The notes below the pieces were generated by a model. That model did no database searches. It was not told the origin of the DNA and saw only the letters and a list, made by a program, of their open reading frames with translations. A program made the position numbers and the translations under genes. Below are positions 18,248-26,943 of a DNA stretch of 64,000 nt, piece after piece. The stretch lies in NCBI GenBank assembly GCA_040776945.1, contig JAXGZN010000002.1, positions 128,001 through 192,000 of the forward strand. The letters are read 5' to 3'. This DNA is from Methanomassiliicoccaceae archaeon. Lineage in GTDB: Archaea; Thermoplasmatota; Thermoplasmata; Methanomassiliicoccales; Methanomassiliicoccaceae. Position 1 is the first letter of the stretch. Every line of letters begins with the position of its first letter.

Positions 18248-19243
18248 ATGGAGACCTGGATATACGCCATCACCATCCCGGTAATGGCGCTGGCCATCGA
18301 CCTGCTGGTGGGCGAGCCACCCAACCGGCTCCACCCGGTGGTGTGGATGGGGAGGCTCATCGGCCTCCTGGACCATAAGGTGGATAGGACCGAGCCTCGG
18401 AACCCTCGCCGGGAGAGGGCGCTCGGAGCATTGGTATCTTTGGGGCCGATCATCATCTTCACGCTGGCGTTCACCGTCATATTGGCCGTTGTACGCGACC
18501 TCCTGGGCACGATCGTCTGGGCTCTGGCAAGCGCGGCGTTGTTCAAGACAATGTTCGCCATACGGGCGCTCGAATCGCACACCGCCCCCATGATCGAGGA
18601 CCTCTGCCGGGACGATCTCGATGCGGCCCGGGCCAAGGCGGCCATGGTGGTATCCCGCGACGTCGACCAGTTGGACAAGGCTCACATCACCTCGTGCGCC
18701 ATAGAGACGGTGTCCGAGAACCTGGTGGACTCCGTGCTCTCGCCGATGCTGTACTTCGGGCTCGCCGGCATCCCCGGGGCGACCGTGCTCAGGGTCGCCA
18801 ACACCGAGGACGGGATGATCGGCTATCTAAATGAGAGATACCGCTACGTGGGGTGGTTCGCCGCTCGTCTGGACGATTGCCTGCACTATGTGGTCGCCCG
18901 GATATCCGTTCCGTTCATCATGCTTGCATTGGCCTTGCTGGGCAAGGACTGGAGGAACGCCTGGCGGGCGGCCCTCCGGGACCGCAGGCAGACCGCCAGC
19001 CCCAACAAGGGCTGGCCCATGGCCGCGGTGGCCGGCGGCCTGGGGGTCAAGTTCGAGAAGGAGGGCTGCTATTGCATGGGCGACGGCGAACTGCCGTCCG
19101 ATCCCAGGGTGATAGGGGAGACCATTAAGGTGATGAAGCTGACCGCGGCGCTGTTCTTCCTTTTAGTGCTTCTCCCTCTTTTCACGTTCATAGGCATCCA
19201 CGTGCAGCTGTTCTTAGAGGACCTGTTCACGGGGCTGTGGTGA
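18248..19243 (+). CDS. cbiB: Adenosylcobinamide-phosphate synthase
   Basis: GEPP..LHPVVWMG, VSRD, ETVSENLVD, ANTEDGMIGY, ARLDD and SPNKGWPMAA motifs; ATG 18248. Confidence 0.93.
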   Translation: METWIYAITIPVMALAIDLLVGEPPNRLHPVVWMGRLIGLLDHKVDRTEPRNPRRERALGALVSLGPIIIFTLAFTVILAVVRDLLGTIVWALASAALFKTMFAIRALESHTAPMIEDLCRDDLDAARAKAAMVVSRDVDQLDKAHITSCAIETVSENLVDSVLSPMLYFGLAGIPGATVLRVANTEDGMIGYLNERYRYVGWFAARLDDCLHYVVARISVPFIMLALALLGKDWRNAWRAALRDRRQTASPNKGWPMAAVAGGLGVKFEKEGCYCMGDGELPSDPRVIGETIKVMKLTAALFFLLVLLPLFTFIGIHVQLFLEDLFTGLW

Positions 19244-19247
19244 TATC

Positions 19248-20393
19248 ATGTCCGACTTCGACGTTAGGATCGAGAAGGGAGAACATCTCGGGAAACCGGT
19301 GGCCATCGTCCGCCTTCCCGGCAGGCACAGGGTGCTGAGCTCCACCATCATGGGCGGAGGGCTCACGGAGACCGACACGCTCTTCATACTGGAAGTGAAG
19401 ATGGGCTATGACAATCCGCGCCCCGAGGACGACCTGGAGGAGGTCCGCCGCCGCTACTCGCTGCCGGAGGACAGCGTGGGCTTCATGACCGCCGCGGACG
19501 TGGACCGCGTGCTGACAGTGAAGAGGGACGAGGTGAACGGGAAAGGGGCGATCGCGGTGATCACCGCCGGGGTCACCAACGCCGTGTACGCCGGCGAGCG
19601 GTTGCCGCAGGAGATCATCGACCTGCTGCCGAAGCATGTCGCGGGAACGATCAACATCATCGCGCTCATGGACCGGCCGGTCCAAGACTGCGGACTCGCC
19701 GGAGGGTTCATAACCATCACCGAGGCCAAGTCCGCCGCCCTTATGGACATGGGGGTGAAGGGTACGGGAACGACCAGCGACGCGGTGGCCGTGGCCTGCC
19801 CCATCGGGGACGGGGACAAGTACTGCGGCCCGGCGACCGACGCGGGAATAGCGGTCGCCCGCGCGGTGCGCGAGGGCGTAGCCGACTCCATTCGCAAATG
19901 GAACGGGAACAATACGCGTCCGAGGGACTTCGGCTACCGTCTCGACGAGATGGGCGTGGGCCCGGAGGAGATGTGGGCGGCCGCGCTCGAGCTCTATGTC
20001 CCGGACCCCTCCTGGGAGCTAGACCGGATCAAGGCGATGTTCATGCGCCACCTGTCGGCGCTGAGGAAGGACATCAATGTCAATGCCATGGTCTACGCGG
20101 CCATCGGCATGGAGGAGATGGGCAACCGCGACGAGATGTACGGCCTGGACGGCGGGCGGTTCCGCCAGGACCCCGTGCACCTGGTGGCGGACGAGTTGCT
20201 GGGCATCGCTCTGGCCGAGTACATTGCGGGGACGAAGGGGCTCTTCGAGTACGTGCGGTACGACAAGAGGAAGCCCGGTATCCTGGGCACGCTCGGCCCA
20301 TTCTTGGACGACATCGTGGCATCGCTTATCGGCTCCATCATGTCCCGCATATACACCGAGCTCCTGGAAGGTGAGGACAAATTAGGATCCTAG
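19248..20393 (+). CDS. cbiZ: Fusion of adenosylcobinamide amidohydrolase (CbiZ) and alpha-ribazole-phosphate phosphatase (CobZ-like); CbiS-type
   Basis: N-terminal domain GFMTAA, TAGVTN, GTINI, TEAK, GTGTTSDA (CbiZ); C-terminal domain DINV, DPVHLVADELLG, GLFEYVRYDKRKPGIL, LGPFLDD (CobZ). Confidence 0.88.
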   Translation: MSDFDVRIEKGEHLGKPVAIVRLPGRHRVLSSTIMGGGLTETDTLFILEVKMGYDNPRPEDDLEEVRRRYSLPEDSVGFMTAADVDRVLTVKRDEVNGKGAIAVITAGVTNAVYAGERLPQEIIDLLPKHVAGTINIIALMDRPVQDCGLAGGFITITEAKSAALMDMGVKGTGTTSDAVAVACPIGDGDKYCGPATDAGIAVARAVREGVADSIRKWNGNNTRPRDFGYRLDEMGVGPEEMWAAALELYVPDPSWELDRIKAMFMRHLSALRKDINVNAMVYAAIGMEEMGNRDEMYGLDGGRFRQDPVHLVADELLGIALAEYIAGTKGLFEYVRYDKRKPGILGTLGPFLDDIVASLIGSIMSRIYTELLEGEDKLGS

Positions 20394-21181
20394 GCGCGTT
20401 GAAGGCGCTGGTCTCGCTGTTCACCATAATCCCTGTCAACGTCACCGGCGATGATGTCGACGAGCTCTCACGCCGGTTCTGGCTTACGCCCCTCATCGGC
20501 CTGTTGTACGGCGCTTTGGCCGGCGGGTTGTTCTTCCTGCTGATCCAGGCGTTCGATCCGCTCATCGGGGCCACGGTCACGCTGCTCGCGGTGCATTCGC
20601 TCAATCGCTTCCTGCATTTCGATGGGCTGATAGATCTAGGGGACGGTCTCATCGCCACCGGGCCGCAGGAGAAGAAGCTGGGGGCCATGAAGGACACTCG
20701 CGTCGGGGCCGGCGGGGTCGGCTTTGGGATTTTGTTCTCCCTGCTCGCCGTCACCGCCCTGTCCTCCGTAACAGGAACTGCGCTTGAGCCCATGGTGTTC
20801 ATCCTCCCCCTGGCCATGGAGGTGCTGGCCAAGAACGCGCTGGTCACCGTGGCCGCACTGGGCAAGCCCCGGGAGGGGTTGGGAAGCCCGTTCGTTGCGA
20901 ACACCCCAAAGAGGCACGCGATCTACTCTGGGATGCTCTCGTTCGCGATCTTGGTCGCCGCACTCGCCGTCGTTCACTGGCCGATGCGGTACGTTCTCTG
21001 TCTCGCCGTCCTTATGGTCGCCAGCAGTTCGCTCATAGGCGCGGCCGTGTCCGCACTGGGCCACCGCAGCTTCGGGTGCGTCAACGGGGACATCATGGGA
21101 GCCACCAACGAGCTGGCGAAGCCTTTGGTGCTAATGGCCGGAATGGCGGGGGTGGTCCTGTTACTGTCGATGCCCTTCTGA
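20381..21181 (+). CDS. cobS: Cobalamin-5'-phosphate synthase (start ATT 20381 or TTG 20399)
   Basis: SLFTIIP, FLHFDGLIDLGDG, MKDTRVGAGG, EGLG and FGCVNGDIMGA motifs; multiple transmembrane segments. Confidence 0.92.
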   Translation: MRILGALKALVSLFTIIPVNVTGDDVDELSRRFWLTPLIGLLYGALAGGLFFLLIQAFDPLIGATVTLLAVHSLNRFLHFDGLIDLGDGLIATGPQEKKLGAMKDTRVGAGGVGFGILFSLLAVTALSSVTGTALEPMVFILPLAMEVLAKNALVTVAALGKPREGLGSPFVANTPKRHAIYSGMLSFAILVAALAVVHWPMRYVLCLAVLMVASSSLIGAAVSALGHRSFGCVNGDIMGATNELAKPLVLMAGMAGVVLLLSMPF

Positions 21182-21780
21182 CCGCGGGCGGCCGCGGGAG
21201 CCGGCTGCGCGATATCCCCACGGAGAAGCCGCTTGTCCAAGTGCTCGGCAGGCCGATGATCGACCGCGTGCTGGACGCGTTCACGGGCACCAGGGCCATT
21301 GAGCATGTCTATGTGTCGGTGAGCCCTCACGCACCGGAGACCAAAAGACATCTGGCGGAGAGGGGAGAGAGGCTGATCGAGACCCCGGGCGCAGGATACT
21401 CCGAGGACCTGAACCAGGCGATGCGCTCCATAGGCGCAGATAAGGTGCTGGTCTGCCCGGTGGACCTCCCGCTGCTCACCTCCGACGGCATCGAAAGCGT
21501 GGTCGCGGCCTCCCGCCGTTCGTCGGCGGGCTCGTTCTGCGTGACGGTGCCGTTAGAGACCATGATATCTCTGGGCATGGCGCTGACCTACTCCCTGGAA
21601 GTGAACGGGCGAAAGGTGGTGCTGTGCGGCGTTTCCGTGGTGGACAGGGAGCAGATGCTGACCGGTCTGGAGCTGGAACAGGACTATATGGTCACCGAGT
21701 CCGAAGAGTTCGCCCTCAACGTGAACACCATGGACGATCTCAGCAAGGCCGAGGCGGCGCTTATGCGAAGACGGGGCTAG
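21160..21780 (+). CDS. cobY: Adenosylcobinamide-phosphate guanylyltransferase (start uncertain)
   Basis: DALLTAGGRGSRL, EKPL, TPGAGYSEDL, DLPL and NVNT motifs; last gene of the cob operon. Confidence 0.9.
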   Translation, partial: VTVDALLTAGGRGSRLRDIPTEKPLVQVLGRPMIDRVLDAFTGTRAIEHVYVSVSPHAPETKRHLAERGERLIETPGAGYSEDLNQAMRSIGADKVLVCPVDLPLLTSDGIESVVAASRRSSAGSFCVTVPLETMISLGMALTYSLEVNGRKVVLCGVSVVDREQMLTGLELEQDYMVTESEEFALNVNTMDDLSKAEAALMRRRG

Positions 21781-22079
21781 ATCGCAGATAATAGCTGGCG
21801 AGCGATGACCACTATGGCCAGGATGACCACCGGCCTTTCTTTGCACCATGATCCGATCGGCCCGCCTGATCGCCCGACGTCTTCCTCGAGACGTTCCGCC
21901 CCCCTCTTCCGGAATAGAGCATAGTTCGACCTCAATAGGGCAATGACACAGTGGACCGGACGCGGCCGCTGTGGGGCATGGTCTTGTCAACGACGTTATG
22001 GGCGAGACCAGGCAGACAACGGAACGCGTCCCGGGAAGGCGGAAGGGAACGCTTCCATCGCTCAAGCCCCAATAAGGTC

Positions 22080-23108
22080 TTAGATCAGCATCAGGCCTTT
22101 GCGCCGGGCATGCTCCACCGCCCTGATATGATCCGATCCGGGCAACCTCTTCCTTAGCTCGGCGAAGTCCCACGCCCGATGTTCCGGGCGGTACTGGGCC
22201 ATGATATTGACCGGCGCATCTGGTAAGCGTTCAGAAAGCCAGTCCAGGACAGGGATGGTGCAGCATTCCAGGTGACCGGGCAGCATCAGATGGCGGACGA
22301 TCACCTCGCACTGCGAGGAGGCGACCATGTGGTTCCTTGTGACGACATCCATGTAATCTCTGGCTCCGCAAAGCCGGAACGCGCAATCATCGTTCCCGAA
22401 CTTGAGGTCGGTAAGATGAACGTCCATGGCGCCGTCCAACAGGGACATAGCCTCCCCCGACAGATACATATTCGAGTTCCAGACCTGGGCTATGTTAGCC
22501 TCGGACCGGGCGAGGACCTCAAGCACGTAATGAAGGTCAGGAGCAGGGTCCCCTCCGACCCAATTTATGTTCCGGGCCCCCCTGGCCCGAGCGATTCCGA
22601 GCGTTTCGGCCATCTCCGGGGCGGCAACCTCGGCCCCCGCGTCCGGTCTGGTACTGATGTCATGGTTCTGACAGAAGACGCAGCGGAGGTTGCAGCCGGC
22701 GAAGAATATGGTGTAGGAGGGGACCAGCACCTCTTCCTCCCCCATGTGCATGAATCGGCTGGCAATGCGGGCCGGACCAACTCCGCAATACCCACGCCCC
22801 TTCCGTCTATCGACCTTGCAATCGTGGGCGCAGAACCGGCAAGAGGTCAGCATGTCCCGGGCTATCGCGACCTTGAGGTCCATCAGATTGGGCTTGGCCG
22901 GACCAGGAACGCGATCGGCCTCGACCAGCTCCAGGTACTCTTCCATGCCCTGTTCATGGGCCTTCCACATCCCGGAAGCGTCCAGATCATCGAACGGCTC
23001 GACCGGGACCGCGCGGGCCACCAGATACCTGGCTAACGCCCTGTCCTCCACTAGCGCCATATACCTTCGAAGATAGGGCCCCGTGTTCCAACGCGTCGTC
23101 ATGGTCAT
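22080..23108 (-). CDS. Radical SAM protein, PflX-like (PFL-activating enzyme-related)
   Basis: CRFCAHDC, HMGEE, GCNLRCVFCQN, WVGGDP, WNSNMY, DLKFGND, RHLMLPGH and MAQYRP motifs. Confidence 0.88.
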   Translation of the reverse strand: MTMTTRWNTGPYLRRYMALVEDRALARYLVARAVPVEPFDDLDASGMWKAHEQGMEEYLELVEADRVPGPAKPNLMDLKVAIARDMLTSCRFCAHDCKVDRRKGRGYCGVGPARIASRFMHMGEEEVLVPSYTIFFAGCNLRCVFCQNHDISTRPDAGAEVAAPEMAETLGIARARGARNINWVGGDPAPDLHYVLEVLARSEANIAQVWNSNMYLSGEAMSLLDGAMDVHLTDLKFGNDDCAFRLCGARDYMDVVTRNHMVASSQCEVIVRHLMLPGHLECCTIPVLDWLSERLPDAPVNIMAQYRPEHRAWDFAELRKRLPGSDHIRAVEHARRKGLMLI

Positions 23109-23113
23109 ACCCT

Positions 23114-23506
23114 TTACCGCTCACCAGCGGCGCTCCGGTGAGCACCGGGGGTCGCAGTCCGATCGATGTGGATGGTCAGGACCTTCGGAACACCGAACGC
23201 CCTTGGCACGTTCTCCCAGGCCATAGCGACCGAGCACGGCCTTAACCCTGTCGGCCTCCGCTCTATGCGGCCCATCCTCCCCAAAGCATCAATGAAGGGG
23301 TCAACGGAGCCGGTCGGCGGTCCCGCCAAGGGCCGGCCCAAAGAGATCCTCCATGCCATGTGGGGACCGTTATCGCTGAGATCCGGTACGATGGGACCAT
23401 GCCGGCGGACCATCCTTCTATCGATGAGATCGCAGAGGACTCTCTTCGGGCCAAGATGGACCATGCCAAGGGAGCCCTCCCCGGGCCCGTCGGATAGCGC
23501 CGCCAA
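23114..23506 (-). CDS. Hypothetical protein (doubtful)
   Basis: 130-codon ORF filling the gap upstream of the PflX-like gene, after TATA-like TTAAATAT near 23530; no recognisable motif. Confidence 0.3.
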   Translation of the reverse strand: MAALSDGPGEGSLGMVHLGPKRVLCDLIDRRMVRRHGPIVPDLSDNGPHMAWRISLGRPLAGPPTGSVDPFIDALGRMGRIERRPTGLRPCSVAMAWENVPRAFGVPKVLTIHIDRTATPGAHRSAAGER

Positions 23507-23672
23507 GGTCCATTGGTGAAAGGAGGATATTTAACATAGTCGAAGATGCGGCCATGCCGGTCTTGGCCGACGGGCCCTAGCTGCGCCTCCCCCGTCCTTT
23601 CCATCTCCTCAGGCAGCCTTTGCACCGAGGACGTGGCGGCGCGGTCCCGTAACTGGGAAGATGGCGCCGCGG

Positions 23673-24779
23673 CTACCGCCTGGATACCAGGCGGGCGTAG
23701 TTCTTCTCGATCTCATCAAGGATGGTCCTGGCGGTTATTCTGCCCTCGCTTCGAGCGATGGCGGCTATGGACACCCCGCCGGCCCCCACACCCTCCTTCA
23801 CCAGGCCGGTCTCGTAGACCTTCAGGCCGTCATAGCGGGACAGGGAGAAGTTCAGGTTCATGGACATCACCGGGACCCGGCCGATCTGGGACACCAGGGA
23901 GCGAAGGTCCGAGGTCGTGTCCTTGATGATCCATCTGGTGGTACCAATGGCGATGTTGGCCAACGCCGAATGGTCCATGGCCTTCACCACCGCCAGAACG
24001 GCGGCCATCTGGGTACCGCCTGCCAGCAGGACCGGAACGGTCTCCGAGGCACCGATCGCCAGGCCCGCCGCGGCGGCCATCATGGGGTCTCCGACCGCCT
24101 CGATGGCGGCCATGGGGTCCTTTCTGAATGTCTCCCTCCTCATGCCGCTGGCCTTCAAGCCCTCCTCGACGACCTTAATCTTCAGGGCATGAGGGTTGGC
24201 GGGAAGAGTGCTGGAGACCTTCCCCGCAGCTTCGTACCCCATTGCCGTCAGGACCCCAAGCGCGGTGGTGGTACCTCCGGGAATGGACTCTGCCACCACC
24301 AGATAATCACTTACCTTCGCCAGGTTCTCGCCGGCTATCACCGCCCGGTCGAACACCTTCTCCGGGTCCTTGACCGAACGGCCGGTGCGGATATCATCGC
24401 CGGGGGCGCCGTCCAGCTCGAAGTACGGTACGTGCGGCTTGACCCTCAGTCCGCCGTTGAAAACGAAGATGGGCATGGGGGCAAGCTTCAGGGCGGACAT
24501 GGCCACTATGCCCGGCGTCGGTATGCCGTCCGGGGTCACCGGCACTCCGTCAATGCACTTGCACTTGCCGTAGTGAAGCAGCTCCATGTCGGCCGCGGGA
24601 GTGAAATCGGTGGCCTCCGGGTTCGCCCCGGCCGCGGATATTCCCGGTATCTTCGCCGTTTCAGTGTTGCCGATGACGCAAGTGTAGGTCGGTCTTTTAC
24701 CCCATATCCTCTCCAGGAACCTCTTCCCCAGTTCCTCCTCCAAGCAAATGGTTATGTCCTCGGGAACCTTGAACGACAT
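23673..24779 (-). CDS. cobT: Archaeal-type nicotinate-nucleotide-dependent phosphoribosyltransferase (CobT)
   Basis: TETAKIPGISAAG, TPAADME, PTPG, ESIPGGTTTA, GDPM, LAGGTQM and VKEGVGAGG motifs; ATG 24779 with GGAG upstream. Confidence 0.9.
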   Translation of the reverse strand: MSFKVPEDITICLEEELGKRFLERIWGKRPTYTCVIGNTETAKIPGISAAGANPEATDFTPAADMELLHYGKCKCIDGVPVTPDGIPTPGIVAMSALKLAPMPIFVFNGGLRVKPHVPYFELDGAPGDDIRTGRSVKDPEKVFDRAVIAGENLAKVSDYLVVAESIPGGTTTALGVLTAMGYEAAGKVSSTLPANPHALKIKVVEEGLKASGMRRETFRKDPMAAIEAVGDPMMAAAAGLAIGASETVPVLLAGGTQMAAVLAVVKAMDHSALANIAIGTTRWIIKDTTSDLRSLVSQIGRVPVMSMNLNFSLSRYDGLKVYETGLVKEGVGAGGVSIAAIARSEGRITARTILDEIEKNYARLVSRR

Positions 24780-24896
24780 CTCAACATCTCCACGAAAGCC
24801 AGTTGGATTATGCATCCAGCCAAATGGTTAGGGCCTATAAAACCGTGTCGAAGGCCGGCCCGCATAACGGAGGCCCCGCGTGCGGCCCAATGTCCA

Positions 24897-25946
24897 TCAT
24901 CGGGACAATAGGGAGCCCATGAGGGTCCCCAAGGGGCGGTGCCGTTCCGCAACCTCGCAGAACCTGGTCGATCGGCTGCTGGACCTTCCGACCTCACCGG
25001 CGGCGTATGGGACCTTCATCTGAAGGTGCTGCCCGCTCAACGAGGAGGTCCCGTGGTCCACCACGAAGGCCACCCGGTAGCCGATCATGCGGTCCAGGTT
25101 CTCCATCAGCAGGTCGTCCACCTCCTGGAGCATGGATACCTTCTGGTCCGGGGCGAGGCGATGGGATATGTCGTCGGTCTCTTCGACATGCATGAACACG
25201 TTGGAGGTTCTCAGCAGGCGGAACGCCTCCTGAAATCCGCTCCACATGTTGTCCACGACCCGGCGGCGCATGTTAAGCACCCCGGCAACTCCCAGCGCTG
25301 ACGGGCTCTTCGAGATGATGACCATGTCCTTGGCCGCGTCCAGCGGCCTGGGGCGGTTCGTCTCGTTCAGGTAACCCCCTCCCCATGGCATAACCGTCAG
25401 GCCATCAAGGTCCTCTGCGGTGCGGTTTATGAACCTCTCGAAATCGCCCATCTCGATCTTGCCGTTCACCGGGGCCGGCGGACTGGGGAAGTCCTGAACA
25501 TGATCGGTATCCACGGTCATGACGCCCCTGCCGTCCTCGTAGAAATAAAGCTTGGGGTTCAGGTCCCCCAGGGCATCAAGGTTCCTTACCATCGCGTCCT
25601 GCAGGCCCCGGTCCATTTCCCTGGAGACCCTGTAGACCCACTCGATCATACCGCCGTTCATCTGAACAGGGGAGAAGCGATAGGCCACCTGATGGCTCTC
25701 CACCGGGACGCCCAGTCCTACCGCCTCGACCAGACCGCGAGGCATGGCCAGAGGTTTGCCGGTGAACAGTTCTAGAAGGAAGAGGTGCGTGTACCCCTTC
25801 CCATCGGTGGTCCCGAATTCGCCGGCGGTGGCGATGCTGTCGATGAACCTCTTGTCCAAGGATTCCAGGGGCGTCCTGCCTCCCAGCTCTGGTATTCTCT
25901 CATCGGCCGCCCCGTCCAGAAGTACCACCAGAGTGTTCATCCCCAT
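24897..25946 (-). CDS. Divergent cofactor-independent phosphoglycerate mutase-like (ApgM/alkaline phosphatase superfamily) metalloenzyme
   Basis: LLDGAAD..LGGRTPLE, HVEETDDISH, VDHGT and GQH..VP motifs; the usual PGSD nucleophile motif is not present. Confidence 0.75.
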   Translation of the reverse strand: MGMNTLVVLLDGAADERIPELGGRTPLESLDKRFIDSIATAGEFGTTDGKGYTHLFLLELFTGKPLAMPRGLVEAVGLGVPVESHQVAYRFSPVQMNGGMIEWVYRVSREMDRGLQDAMVRNLDALGDLNPKLYFYEDGRGVMTVDTDHVQDFPSPPAPVNGKIEMGDFERFINRTAEDLDGLTVMPWGGGYLNETNRPRPLDAAKDMVIISKSPSALGVAGVLNMRRRVVDNMWSGFQEAFRLLRTSNVFMHVEETDDISHRLAPDQKVSMLQEVDDLLMENLDRMIGYRVAFVVDHGTSSLSGQHLQMKVPYAAGEVGRSSSRSTRFCEVAERHRPLGTLMGSLLSR

Positions 25947-26080
25947 AAGCTCCCTTTTTGGACCTCATATTGCGTCTGGCTAATATACTTTCCTGAATGG
26001 CGGGACCGGCTTGGCCCGAGCATCGAAGCACCGGTCCGAAAATCGAAAGGAAGATGAGGGCGGCCTTCCATTGACATAAC

Positions 26081-26440
26081 ATGCTCCGGATGAAGCGGGC
26101 GTACGAGGAACCCACCGCGGAGGACGGCACCCGGGTGCTGGTGGAGAGGCTGTGGCCCAGAGGCGTGAGCAAGGAACGGGCGAAGATCGACATATGGTGC
26201 AAGGATGTCGCGCCGTCCGCCGAGCTTAGGAAGTGGTATTCCCACGACCGGTCCAAATGGGGGGAGTTCAGAAAGCGATACCTCGCCGAGCTGGAGGGGA
26301 ACGGGAAGGTGGGCTCATTAAAAAGAATGGCAGAAGGCCGCACGGTGACCCTGGTGTTCTCCACCAAGGACGCCGAGATAAGCGGTGCAAGAGTGCTCCT
26401 GGACCTGCTGGCCGGAGATGAGGACCAAGTTGTTTTATAG
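26081..26440 (+). CDS. DUF488 (YeaO-like) protein
   Basis: KRAYE, DGTRVLVERLWPRGVSKE, APSAELRKWYSHD and FRKRYLAEL motifs. Confidence 0.9.
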   Translation: MLRMKRAYEEPTAEDGTRVLVERLWPRGVSKERAKIDIWCKDVAPSAELRKWYSHDRSKWGEFRKRYLAELEGNGKVGSLKRMAEGRTVTLVFSTKDAEISGARVLLDLLAGDEDQVVL

Positions 26441-26476
26441 GCACGTTCCTATATGCTAACAGACAAGGGATAAGGA

Positions 26477-26668
26477 TTGGCGGAAGGGGAGCAGCTTAGA
26501 AAGGTCGTGGAGATGTTCGATCCTTTCGGGCGCGAGGTATTCGATCCTGCCCAAGCATCCAGAGCGATCACCTCCTACTACGACCAGGAGGGCAGGTTGG
26601 TCCGCAGAACGCTTGGGAAGGCAGTGATACTCTCGCCCGATGGCAAGGACGTTGGCGGCCGTTCCTAG
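26477..26668 (+). CDS. Small hypothetical protein (63 aa)
   Basis: TTG start after purine-rich AAGGGATAAGGA; protein-like sequence (FDPFGREVFDP..YYDQEGRLV). Confidence 0.5.
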   Translation: MAEGEQLRKVVEMFDPFGREVFDPAQASRAITSYYDQEGRLVRRTLGKAVILSPDGKDVGGRS

Positions 26669-26790
26669 GCGCGCTGTCCACCAAAAGAACGGGCCGGGGG
26701 CCACTGGAATGGATCAGCAGGGCAGCATATCCCCTTGTCACATTTATAGAATTTCTGCCCTCCGATCCCCAGAAAGAGGCTCCCGGGCTG

Positions 26791-26820
26791 AATTTATTTA
26801 TAATATATAAAATTAAAATT
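26791..26820. promoter_or_regulatory. 30-nt A/T-only tract containing TATA-like elements
   Basis: AATTTATTTATAATATATAAAATTAAAATT in a GC-rich background, upstream of the orphan ORF at 26944. Confidence 0.5.
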
Positions 26821-26943
26821 CTGATTCAACTCTTATATGGAACGTGATAATCGTAGCTCTCGTTCTTGATAACCAGGAGAGAACGTAGTTAAAGAGCGTA
26901 ACCGAAATCAGGGCTGCGTAGAACGCAAAGGGATGGACATAAA

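Noticed and set aside
26081-26668. Pyrrolysine read-through fusing the DUF488 gene (TAG 26438-40) to the in-frame ORF at 26477
   Set aside because: An in-frame TAA at 26471-73 lies between them.
26696-26820. Replication origin (CCACTGGAA ORB-like core next to an AT-only tract)
   Set aside because: Only one partial ORB-like core, with the G-string on the wrong side, and no orc1/cdc6 gene nearby.
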